Source: Chlorokybus atmophyticus (lineage: Eukaryota; Plantae; Mesostigma and Chlorokybus algae). From it: a stretch of DNA of 64,000 bases. Numbering within the stretch: the stretch's first letter is position 1; the number at the start of each line of letters is the position of its first letter. The notes beneath the pieces were generated by a model. That model saw only the letters and a program-made list of their open reading frames with translations, was not told the origin of the DNA and made no database searches. This document shows positions 1 to 9,390 of the stretch, piece after piece. The stretch covers positions 1,222,744-1,286,743 of the forward strand of contig RHPI01002069.1 of NCBI GenBank assembly GCA_009103225.1. The letters run 5' to 3'. Both the position numbers and the translations under genes were made by a program.

Positions 1-184
1 AGTGTAGTTGCAAGCTGTACATCAGCATCGCAATCTGTAGTTGTACACATCACAGTGCAGTGTTGTCACCGTCATCGCATAGCGCGCACAAGCGCTAGTG
101 TGTTGGGTGATAGCAGCACTGGAGATCCCATTGTAGAACACAAACACTCTACCCTTCATCCACTTTCACCATCGCACCAGCTGT

Positions 185-3100
185 ATGAGCAGGCCCACCC
201 CGTTCTCCCCAATAGACGAGGGTGACCTCAGCAGTTGGAGCCCAACCACCAACCTCACCTACGAGCGGACCAGTGACGGGAGCATCGACCGCAGCAGCAG
301 AGGCTCGCGCTCCATCTCCGGCTTCACCCCGCTCCACTCTACTCCTCGTCATCAAGCTTCTCCACTATCATCGGACAGCGACGACAACGAGATGGAGTCT
401 TCCAGTTCAACCACATCCCTGCGCTTCTCCGGATGTGCCGGCACCACCTCGCTGGATGAGTTTATCATCAAGTTCCACTCCAAGATGCGGCAGCAAGCTC
501 TGAAGAACAAAGACTGGTCAGATGAGATCTCTTTCCACATTGCTGCTCAGTATCTTGATTATGAAGCCCACGATGTCTGGAAGTCCGTTGCTGAACTGCA
601 TCGAGTAGACGGCTATGGCGAGCTTGCCAGCACCATAGCACCTGCATCGCTGCACCGTCCAACAGGTGTCGTTCCACCTGCCACTTCAGTTGCAGTAACA
701 GGCTTGTCCATAGCTGCAGCTCTCAAGCAGGCAGAGGAGGAGGAACCGGAGTTGATACTGGTCAACTTGACCCCTGCAGAAGTTGAGTCCAAGGAGGTCA
801 CACGTCGAGTTCGCATCCTTGACCGTTCTGCCGTCATCATTGTGGAACAAAGAGCTGCACAGCAAGCGGCAGCCGCAGAGTGGGGTACTCCTCTACCTCC
901 GGCAACACCTGGCTTTCGTGCAGGAGGCAGTACCTTCACCCTCGGGTCAGTAGCACTGCGCGCACCAGCCATCTCCGTAGGTGCTGCCATCTCTGATTCG
1001 CCACTCAAGGACCTGTACGCTGCCCTGCGCCGCACCTTCCCTCCTCAGACCACCAGCAAGGTTGAGGAGCTGAGACGCTTCCGACGCAAGCCCAATGAGG
1101 ATCCCCTCCGCTTGTACTCCAGACTGGAAGGTCTGCTGAAAGACACTGACTACAAGATTGTCAGTGAGGAGGCTGCTGCAGTGATATACGTCAATGAGTT
1201 GGATGCTGCTCTGAGCGAGTCGACACGCCTGACTCTGAACTACAGCAGGCCCCTTGGCTACACCCTCAAGGAAGCTTTCGAGACTGCACAAGCCATCCAT
1301 AAGCGCGCAGTGTATGAGAAAGCGGTGCTGGACACCAACCGCAGTGCCTCACGGCCTATGGCAGGCACAAGTGCAGAGCCTCTTCGGCGGGACCGCAGCC
1401 AGGAGTCGCAAGGCATCCATTACAAGGATAAACGGTCAGCTCATGCTGCCCTTGTGGCTCCAGTGCTGTGCCACCGGTGTGGTCGACATGGCCACTACCA
1501 AAAGGAGTGCACCGAAGATTACGGCAACCTTGTGTGCGACCACTGCCACAAGACGGGACACTTGGAGACAGTATGCTGGCTCAAGTTCCCTGAGCTGCGG
1601 CCCCCTATTGGCTACAACAACAGCAACAACACTGTTGGTTACCGCGGCCACAACAACTACAACAACAACGGGGGCTACAATAACAGCAACCACGCTGGCG
1701 GCCACAACAACAGCAACAACGCTGGTGGTCGCAACAACGGCAATAACGCTGGTGGCCACAACCCCAACAACAACAACAACGCTGGCGGCCGCAAGGAAGA
1801 AGCTGGCTGTAGAGGGAAAAACCGCCCTCCACAGCACAAAGAACTTGAGGGACGTCCTCGCGCTGGAGCTGCTGCTGTAAAGGCACCAACCAATCCACCG
1901 GCTATCGACCTAGTGGCAGCTCTGATGGCGCGCGTGGCACAGCTGGAGGAAAACAAGGAGCAGGACTATCAAGCCTGCTATGCTGCTAGGTGGGCATTGA
2001 TGGCACCGAAACGGGACAGGGACACTCCCACGCCGTCACGCGTACAACCATCCAGACGGGCGCGCAGGGAAGCTGGCGCGTCGTCAACAGCGGCATCGTC
2101 GGACGCCACAAGTGGTGCTGCCTCGGCAGCCACAACCACCGCTGGGACGACGCCGTCGACGACACCGTCGGCGTCCACACCGACCACAACAATGGGTGTC
2201 AGCACTCTTGGCACCACGCTGGTCCCGGTGATGGAAAGCACCCACGCCGCAGCAACCATGGTCGTTGGGTTCGTAAGTGGTGAATCCACCACTCCTGCCT
2301 CCATCGGAGCGACCACATCAACCGCAACTGCTGCCACCCTCACAGCCGCCACTTCAGTGACGACGACTGCGGCAGGTGCCACCACCATCGCCTCAAGTAG
2401 TGCTGCCCTACCCACCGCACAACTTCTTGAGGGCCGGACGGCACCGCCACCAGCATTGGACGTCACACAGCAAGTGCCACGCGGGCCGCAAGCAGAACGC
2501 GCCTGGGCGTCGATTCTACGCAACGTGGAGCCCACCACTATTGCGTACGGACCAGGGGGGCAACGCACCACGCGCGTGGCACGCGATCATCGCATCTTGC
2601 CCCTACCACCACCAGAATACCACACGCTGCCGGAACCCACACAACAGCAACTGGAGGATGAAATCCTCGCCGGCACTGCACCAGAGATGAGGGATCGTCT
2701 GTTCGGGGTCACCTATCGCCGACCTGCAGTGTTGGAACTAGCCATCCAGTCATGCCTGGCATTACACGCACGGTTGCAGAACGCACCCAGTCAATCGCGA
2801 CAGCATATGCCCGCTCAACAGATCGACTTCGAGCCTTCGCCACTGGACCCACTCGGCCTACAGCGACACAAACTTCAAGACCTCGTGGTCACAATGTCTG
2901 ACATCGCGCTGGGCGCTGATCCCGCTCTCCGGGGGCTCACTCCAGGCAGTCGTCAAGAGCGTTTCTCTGCACTCGAACAGGCCCATCGGTATCGCATGGA
3001 CCAAGCTGCCCAAGTGGACGCGCGCCGACAAGCGTACGAAGCAGCACACGCCGTTATCGTACCAACCGTAGCGCCAGCACATGTTGCCAGCGCCTCCACG

Positions 3101-6100
3101 GCGCCGACCACGGCACACTCCACGGCGATCGCCATCGAGCAGCCGGGACACGCAACTGCAGACCAAGCGAGGGCGTTGGCACAACAATTGAGGGGGGTAA
3201 TCGCCCCGCTGCTGCGTCCTCTGGTCGAAGACATACCTGAGGATCAACGCGATGCAGGGCGAGGGTACCTCACCCCGCAAGGGGACACCACACAACGAGG
3301 AGGAGCTGGTATGGTGGGGGAGCAACAACTCCGTACCGCACTCATCCGGCAAGCAGTGATGTTGCACAGGCCTGAGGGCAACACATTAAGACAGATGATG
3401 GGGATGCAAGAGGGCAGCGCCGCTCGAGCTCGTCTCGTGACATGGCTCGCTGCCAATCACCCTGCTGTCCCACTGTTTGCTTTTGGCAACCGAGCATCAT
3501 GGTTGGGGGCATTCATTCGTTCGCTGCGACAAGCATACGACGAGGCTGCCACCACAGCCCCGGACACACTGGAGGGAGTGCAAGAGGCAATGCTTCGGCT
3601 GCCAGGGGTGGAAGCCGCACGGCAACGGCGGCGCATCGCCATTGCTCATGAGCTACACGCACAGCAGACTAACCTCCAGCGCACCCTACGTGCTCGCGCC
3701 ATGACTGTGCTCGATGTGGGAGTGGTACAAGGAAGGTGGGATGCCTACATGGCAGGGATCTTGCGAGTCCCCACCATTACTCACGGCATGCGGCGACAGC
3801 TACTACGCGCCGTATACCTGCAGCCCATGCCTCAATATCATCATTGGACAGACACGGACACCGAGCCCACGGCCACGTGGGAAGGGACATTGGTCAGAGA
3901 AGCGGCTCATGCTGTGCGATGGACGTACGCCGCGGAGCAAGCTGAACGCGAGGCAGGCCCACAAACACCGGGTCCGCCGGGGTTTCCTCCACAGCCACTG
4001 GGTACGCCCGCGGGCATGATTCCAGCTTTGCAGAGGCGTCATCCACCTGCGCCGCCACCACAACCGGCGCCGGAACCTCCAGCACCAAGGCCCCCCCGTG
4101 TCTACCAACCACCTCGACAAGGTCGGTTCGGCAGAGGGAGAGGGCAAGGAGGGGGCTCTCCGGATCCAGCAGGCAGAGGAGCTCTGGCTGCCATGCGCTC
4201 AGCATCTCCAGCTGAGGCAACTGAGTCGGAGGAACAGACACCTCGTATGAAGAGGTTGCGTATCGACGCTAACGCTGCCATGGTGGCCAACCAAGGCAAG
4301 CACGTTACCATCAACGGTCTGGCACCCAAGCGGGTAACGTTGGACACCGGAGCACAGCCTGTCATCATCGGGCGCTTCCTTGCGCGGTCCCTAGGCATAA
4401 CCAGCTCCGACTTGGTGCCTTGCCCGTACGTGTTGGACACTGCCACAGGTAGCCGGGATAAGGTGATGGGAGTCACCAGGGAGGCCTTTTGCATTCGGTT
4501 GACAGGGCTTGACCTAGCCCACACGACCGAGATCGTCCAGCAATGCGTGGTCACCAATGCCGGCTCCTTCGACTTTCTGCTTGGGCAGGATTTCAACTTC
4601 CCTGTGGGCATGGGCCTCGACTGCTGGACAGAACGAGCGTGGTTTCGGCCACATTGGGATGAGGATGACGGAGAGGTACAGGGCTTCCTGCCTCTTGAGT
4701 TGGTCTCGCGCACGCGCGCCCAACGCAAAATGGCTGCCATGGCCACACGCAGACACGCCCGCACCCGGAAGGCTGTAATGGCCATATACGACGGTGCTCG
4801 GACGCAAGTCGCTGCTGGTGCCACAACCCCGTGTCAAATCGGCGACACCTCTCCCATCCCGTACAACGAGGAGCAGGAGGAGGCCACCGTGGAAGTAGCA
4901 TTACAAGACCCTACTGAACGGCACTGGCGCGCACAGGTGGACGCACACATCTTGCTCAGCCACCCACTGATCACCACGCGCTTCCCCAATTACCGAAGCC
5001 ACGTCAAGGTGCAGGACCACCATATGGTGGCCACCGGAGTGGTGGAATTCCACACCTTTCGCAGGCAACAGGGTATCACAGTGTTGGAACTGTTTGGAGG
5101 CATTGGCAGTGGTCTTGCTATGGTCCTCAACACAGGCGCGAAGGTTACCAAATACTATTACTGCGACCCAGACCCACACGCGCAGACGGCCCTCACGCAC
5201 CACTTACGCCAATTGCACACCAGGTATCCACGTCAACTACCCCTCTCGGCGTTGCAAGGCAGCCTCAGAGCATTGCCACAAGACGTCCGGCTGATCACTG
5301 AAGATCACCTACTGTCCCTCGGCAACGTCGACCTGTTAATAGCTGGATGGGAATGCCAAGGGCACTCCCGGGCAGGCAAGGGACAAGGCCTCGAAAACCC
5401 TCGCTCCAGGTTGTTCTGGGAGCTGATGAGGATCATCCACCTCCTTCAACACCACCAGATCTCCAGACCCCTGGGGTACGTCATCGAAAATGTGCATTCA
5501 GAGGACGACAAGCGTCCGCACGTGGCCTCCGGCTACCAACAAGTTTGCTCCATTTTGGGGCACCCACTCAAGGTGAACGCGGCACGACATGGCTCGCGCG
5601 CACATCGTGTACGTGCCAAATGGACAAACTTGGCCACCGTTGAGGAGCTCATGACCGCCGAATACACGCGCAGCGCTCGGCCGCGCAACCTGCTGGTCGA
5701 CGACATCCTTGACCCCGGCCGCACAGCACAACCTGTACGGCATTATGACCACAACCACTTCTACCAGTGCAATCAGCCTGGTCAGCCCCGTCGCGCCATC
5801 CCCACATTGGTGTCCTACCCGGGCTCCTACGCATTTCGGAACGGCGGTGACGGGATGGTATGTGATGCAACCACCAACACGTTGGAAGAACCCAACGCAC
5901 GCGAACGTGAACGCGCCATGGGCTTCTTCCCCAACAGCATCACAGGTTCATCGCTGACAGACAATCAGCAATGCCAGCTGCTTGGTCGCGCCATGGACAA
6001 GAACAGCATGGTATGGCTGCTGGAGCTGAGCTTCGCGTTGCAGGACCGCTACGTGTCCTTCGAGGATCTCGAACACTTGGCTGGGGGGTGGGCTGATCGC

Positions 6101-7351
6101 GTCGACACCAAGGCAGCTCACACAGCTCTCGAGGTGGTCCACATGGAGGAACAAGCGGCAGTGACAGTGGAGGACATTCCTGTGGTTGCCAATGCAACCT
6201 CCTGGGACCATGCCATTGGCCCGTTGGCCACGGAAGACGCTCGAGAGAAGCTTGAGGCTCTCCTCAACAAATGGAGGAGCCAATTCAGCTTCAATGTAAA
6301 GGAATTGGGTACATGTTCGGTGTACCAGATGGACATCGAGCTAGTGGACACCGAGCCGGTGTTCCGGCGACAATACAGGCTCTCCAAGTTGGAAGAAGAC
6401 TTGGTGGAACAGAGATGTAAGGCGCTGCTGGATGCAGGCCTTATCGAAGAGTCCACATCGGACTTCGCAGCAGCAACCGTCATGCCCCTGAAGAAGGATT
6501 CAGCAGGCAACTGGACAGAGCGACGCATGTGTGGCGACTATCGTCCCCTCAACAACAAGACCAAGCAAGACCGGTACCCCATGCCCACAGCAGAGGGTAT
6601 TTTTGATGATGTGGGAGACTGCACAGTCTTCAGCATCCTGGACATGCGTCAGGGGTACAACCAGATCGCCATCAAGGACGAGGACAAGCACAAGACCTCC
6701 TTCTGGGGCAACCGACAGTTGTACCAATGGAAGGTAATGCCGTTCAGGCTGAAGAATGCCCCCGCCAAGTTTCAACGCGTCATGGACAAAGCCTTGAAGG
6801 GGTTGGACTGCGCGCGGTGCTACATCGATGACATCCTCATCTTCAGCCGCAGCAACAAGGAGCATCTTCAGCACATCGAAGCGGTGCTGGAACGACTCAA
6901 GGGAGTGGGGATGACCGCACACCCCGACAAGTGTACCTTCTTCACCCACAAGGTGCCGTACTTAGGGCACATGATTGTGCCCCATGGTGTGTATGTGCAG
7001 CAGGCAAAAGTAGAGGCTCTGGCAGCTATCCCTGCCCCGACAGACCTCACGCGCCTGCGCGCTTTCTTGGGACTTGCCAACTATTATCGCCGATTCGTGA
7101 AGGACTTCGCGAAGATCGCAAGGCCCCTCAACGAGCTACTGAAAAAGGAGGTGGAGTTCGCGTGGAAGGAGCCGCAACAGCAGGCCTTCGAGGAGCTGAA
7201 GAGCAGACTCACCAGCGCTCCCATCCTTCAACGTCCGGACTACGCCAAGCCTTTCATCCTTCACACCGATTGGAGCAAGCTGGGGATGGGAGCGGTGCTG
7301 GTGCAGCACGATGAGCACAAGAAGGAGCGGGTGGTGGCATACGCCAGCTGA
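185..7351 (+). CDS. Gag-Pol polyprotein, 2388 aa to a premature TGA: Gag, 2x CCHC knuckle, aspartic protease, DNMT3-like methyltransferase, RT, N-terminal part of RNase H
   Basis: CHRCGRHGHYQKEC and CDHCHKTGHLETVC (1469-1576); LDTGA (4340-4354); FGGIG/GWECQ/ENV/AHRVR (5093-5620); RMCGDYR, LDMRQGYNQI, YIDD (6821-6832); LHTDWS in RNase H. Confidence 0.93.
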   Translation: MSRPTPFSPIDEGDLSSWSPTTNLTYERTSDGSIDRSSRGSRSISGFTPLHSTPRHQASPLSSDSDDNEMESSSSTTSLRFSGCAGTTSLDEFIIKFHSKMRQQALKNKDWSDEISFHIAAQYLDYEAHDVWKSVAELHRVDGYGELASTIAPASLHRPTGVVPPATSVAVTGLSIAAALKQAEEEEPELILVNLTPAEVESKEVTRRVRILDRSAVIIVEQRAAQQAAAAEWGTPLPPATPGFRAGGSTFTLGSVALRAPAISVGAAISDSPLKDLYAALRRTFPPQTTSKVEELRRFRRKPNEDPLRLYSRLEGLLKDTDYKIVSEEAAAVIYVNELDAALSESTRLTLNYSRPLGYTLKEAFETAQAIHKRAVYEKAVLDTNRSASRPMAGTSAEPLRRDRSQESQGIHYKDKRSAHAALVAPVLCHRCGRHGHYQKECTEDYGNLVCDHCHKTGHLETVCWLKFPELRPPIGYNNSNNTVGYRGHNNYNNNGGYNNSNHAGGHNNSNNAGGRNNGNNAGGHNPNNNNNAGGRKEEAGCRGKNRPPQHKELEGRPRAGAAAVKAPTNPPAIDLVAALMARVAQLEENKEQDYQACYAARWALMAPKRDRDTPTPSRVQPSRRARREAGASSTAASSDATSGAASAATTTAGTTPSTTPSASTPTTTMGVSTLGTTLVPVMESTHAAATMVVGFVSGESTTPASIGATTSTATAATLTAATSVTTTAAGATTIASSSAALPTAQLLEGRTAPPPALDVTQQVPRGPQAERAWASILRNVEPTTIAYGPGGQRTTRVARDHRILPLPPPEYHTLPEPTQQQLEDEILAGTAPEMRDRLFGVTYRRPAVLELAIQSCLALHARLQNAPSQSRQHMPAQQIDFEPSPLDPLGLQRHKLQDLVVTMSDIALGADPALRGLTPGSRQERFSALEQAHRYRMDQAAQVDARRQAYEAAHAVIVPTVAPAHVASASTAPTTAHSTAIAIEQPGHATADQARALAQQLRGVIAPLLRPLVEDIPEDQRDAGRGYLTPQGDTTQRGGAGMVGEQQLRTALIRQAVMLHRPEGNTLRQMMGMQEGSAARARLVTWLAANHPAVPLFAFGNRASWLGAFIRSLRQAYDEAATTAPDTLEGVQEAMLRLPGVEAARQRRRIAIAHELHAQQTNLQRTLRARAMTVLDVGVVQGRWDAYMAGILRVPTITHGMRRQLLRAVYLQPMPQYHHWTDTDTEPTATWEGTLVREAAHAVRWTYAAEQAEREAGPQTPGPPGFPPQPLGTPAGMIPALQRRHPPAPPPQPAPEPPAPRPPRVYQPPRQGRFGRGRGQGGGSPDPAGRGALAAMRSASPAEATESEEQTPRMKRLRIDANAAMVANQGKHVTINGLAPKRVTLDTGAQPVIIGRFLARSLGITSSDLVPCPYVLDTATGSRDKVMGVTREAFCIRLTGLDLAHTTEIVQQCVVTNAGSFDFLLGQDFNFPVGMGLDCWTERAWFRPHWDEDDGEVQGFLPLELVSRTRAQRKMAAMATRRHARTRKAVMAIYDGARTQVAAGATTPCQIGDTSPIPYNEEQEEATVEVALQDPTERHWRAQVDAHILLSHPLITTRFPNYRSHVKVQDHHMVATGVVEFHTFRRQQGITVLELFGGIGSGLAMVLNTGAKVTKYYYCDPDPHAQTALTHHLRQLHTRYPRQLPLSALQGSLRALPQDVRLITEDHLLSLGNVDLLIAGWECQGHSRAGKGQGLENPRSRLFWELMRIIHLLQHHQISRPLGYVIENVHSEDDKRPHVASGYQQVCSILGHPLKVNAARHGSRAHRVRAKWTNLATVEELMTAEYTRSARPRNLLVDDILDPGRTAQPVRHYDHNHFYQCNQPGQPRRAIPTLVSYPGSYAFRNGGDGMVCDATTNTLEEPNARERERAMGFFPNSITGSSLTDNQQCQLLGRAMDKNSMVWLLELSFALQDRYVSFEDLEHLAGGWADRVDTKAAHTALEVVHMEEQAAVTVEDIPVVANATSWDHAIGPLATEDAREKLEALLNKWRSQFSFNVKELGTCSVYQMDIELVDTEPVFRRQYRLSKLEEDLVEQRCKALLDAGLIEESTSDFAAATVMPLKKDSAGNWTERRMCGDYRPLNNKTKQDRYPMPTAEGIFDDVGDCTVFSILDMRQGYNQIAIKDEDKHKTSFWGNRQLYQWKVMPFRLKNAPAKFQRVMDKALKGLDCARCYIDDILIFSRSNKEHLQHIEAVLERLKGVGMTAHPDKCTFFTHKVPYLGHMIVPHGVYVQQAKVEALAAIPAPTDLTRLRAFLGLANYYRRFVKDFAKIARPLNELLKKEVEFAWKEPQQQAFEELKSRLTSAPILQRPDYAKPFILHTDWSKLGMGAVLVQHDEHKKERVVAYAS
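1610..1790 (+). repeat. AAC-rich coding repeat giving an Asn/Gly low-complexity tract in Gag
   Basis: Repeated (AAC)n blocks with GCTGGCGGCCAC spacers encoding GYNNSNN..AGGHNNSNNAGGRNNGNNAGGHNPNNNNNAGG. Confidence 0.85.
5072..6030 (+). other. C5-cytosine DNA methyltransferase domain (DNMT3/DRM-like catalytic fold) in frame inside Pol
   Basis: Motif I LELFGGIGSG; motif IV DLLIAGWECQGHS (Cys codon 5354-5356); motif VI YVIENV (Glu 5486-5488); motif VIII NAARHGSRAHRVRAKWTNL, compare DNMT3A AHRARYFWGNL; motifs IX-X ERERAMGF...QLLGRAMD, compare DNMT3A EMERVFGF...RLLGRSW. Confidence 0.92.
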
Positions 7352-9335
7352 AGCAACAACAGCGCCGAGGCCAACTACAGCAGCTATGAAGGGGAATGCC
7401 TCGCTGCAGTGTGGGCCATCTCCTTCTTCCGACCTTTTCTCTTTGGTCGACAGTTCCAACTGATCACCGATCATCAGCCCCTCAAGTGGCTGATGACAAA
7501 CCAACATCTGACAGGGAAACTTGCTCGATGGGCCCTGCTGTTACAGGAATACGACTTCGAGATTGACCACCGCGCTGGCCTCACCAACCAAGACGCCGAT
7601 GGCCTCAGCCGCAACCCCCACCTCAGCACCAACGACGCAACTGGAGCGCGGCATGAGCTCATCCCTGCAGCAACAGCTCCCACCATGGCAGCCATGTTTG
7701 CTGCTGCCGCGTTGCGCTCAGGGCGCAAGACCAACACCACAACCTCAGCAGTGGTAGAGGAGATTCCTGCCCTTGAGTCTACCGACCCTGCGGCAATCAC
7801 ACCCTTGGGAGACGCCCACGCGGCCGACATTGACGTCGATAACACAGAGCTGGCGTCCATTGACACCAGGCAGGACATATGGCACGACAAGCCATCACTC
7901 TCCTTTCTTCAACGTGGCCATCTCCCCTCTGGCATGAGCGCTCGAGAGAAGGACCGAGTCAACCAACGCACCCGTCACTATCGATGGGCAGGTGACAAGC
8001 TGTATCGCCGCTTCCACGACGAAGACAAGGAAGTGCCGACACCAGTCACACGCGAGGACATCATCACTTCCCTCCACACTGAGCTTGGACACTTTGGTGT
8101 CAAGTGCACAGTCAGTCTAGTGAGAGCACAATATTGGTGGTATGGATTAACAAAACAGGTGCAAAGGTTCGTCAGCCAATGCCAGCAGTGTGACATGGTG
8201 CGCGCCAGCCTCAACACGCGTAGCGCCACCTTGCACCCACTCCCCATCTCCGGTCTCTTACTGATGGGGACTCGACATCTTGGGGGACTTGGCACCCTCA
8301 GCACGTGGCAACCATTACATCCTGGTCATGATTGAGCACTTCTCCAAATGGGTGGAGCTGGTGCCATTACCCGACAAGAGCAGCAGGGGGGTGTCTCAAG
8401 CCTTCCTCTCTCACGTTCTCAGCCGCTTTGGCAGCTGCGCCGAGGTCATCACCGACCAAGGTACTGAGTTCAGAGGGGAATTCGACACCCTCTTGGACAA
8501 ATGTTACATCGACCACCGCCGTACCTCGCGTGATCACCCTTAAGCCGACGGCCTCGCCGAGCGGACAGTACAGACCATCAAGAAGGCACTCCGCAAATAC
8601 GTGTTGAAGTACAAGAAGGACACTTGGGATGACCACCTCCCCTGGGTGGCCCTTGGATATCGGTTGTCAAAACAGGCGGCTCTGCGGGAGTACAGCCCGT
8701 ACTACCTGCTGTTTGGGCGACCACCATTGCTCCCCTTCCGTGCGCAACAGGAGGTGGATCGCGTCGTGAACAACCTCGACGACCCTGACTGGATGCACCA
8801 CGACATCACCACGCGCGCCGCACTTTTCGAGCGCACCGTCCCCATGGCCTTCAACAATCTGCGCATCGCGCAGCATCGCGACACGCTGCGCTACGAGCGC
8901 GTACGCAGCGGCTTTTACAAGGAGCGCCAACGGCGATTCCAAGCGGGGGACTTTGCCTATCGCATGGCAGCCACCAAAGACACGCTTGACACCTCCGTAG
9001 GCCGCACCGTCTACAAGGTACTCAAAGTGTACCCCACAGGGGTGCTGGATCTCCTGAGTCAAAACGGAGAAAGGTTGAAGGACAACATGGTGAACTGTGC
9101 GCCATGTCACCTCCCTTACGTAGCCGGCTTCGGGCGTATCCAGCACCCTCGTCCTACGCGCAGCACACGCTGTGAACACTGCGGCAGCGCCGGCGACGAC
9201 GCACTCATGATGCTCTGCGATGGCTGCAACAAAGGCCTGCATTGCTACTGCCTGGAGCCACCTTTGGACACGATACCTATGGAAGAATATTGGTGCGACG
9301 ACTGCCGTACCAACGGCCCTCCTCACTTGCGCTAG
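7352..9335 (+). pseudogene. Disrupted continuation of Pol: RNase H C-terminal part, integrase (HHCC, DDE core) and C-terminal PHD finger
   Basis: Read-through after TGA 7349-7351 gives SNNSAEANYSSYEGECLAAVWA, then TDHQPLKWL and ADGLSRNP. HTELGH..CQQC follows, then a frameshift near 8258 and TGA 8262-8264, then WGLDILG..IEHFSKWVEL, ITDQGTEF, TAA 8541-8543, ADGLAERTVQ. C4HC3 PHD at 9171-9305. Confidence 0.9.
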
Positions 9336-9365
9336 CAGCTGAGCTCTAGAGCTGGAACCTTCCCC

Positions 9366-9390
9366 AGAGCCCAGGGGGGGTGGCTTGTTG
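9366..9390 (+). other. Polypurine tract and probable start (TGTTG) of the 3' LTR
   Basis: G-rich tract about 30 nt after the Pol stop, immediately followed by TG. The LTR end could not be fixed because no 5' LTR copy is visible in the window. Confidence 0.6.

Larger units (their letters stand above)
185..9385 (+). mobile_element. Ty3/Gypsy LTR retrotransposon internal region encoding Gag-PR-DNMT-RT-RNaseH-IN-PHD; LTR pair not resolvable in this window
   Basis: Domain order is Gag zinc knuckles, LDTGA protease, C5-MTase motifs, YIDD RT, RNase H, HHCC/DDE integrase, PHD. RT-RH-IN order is the Gypsy type. A purine-rich tract AGAGCCCAGGGGGGGTGGCT (9366-9385) precedes TGTTG at 9386. Confidence 0.95.

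Noticed and set aside
1-184. 5' LTR and PBS of the DNMT-Gypsy element
   Set aside because: No match to the sequence after the PPT (9386 onward) and no convincing TGG-initiated tRNA complement. It is probably leader sequence with the LTR outside the window.
4102-4824. Antisense ORF of 240 aa (and similar ones at 1978-2571, 8667-9440, 38154-38819)
   Set aside because: These are shadows of GC-rich sense-strand coding sequence, with no independent motifs.
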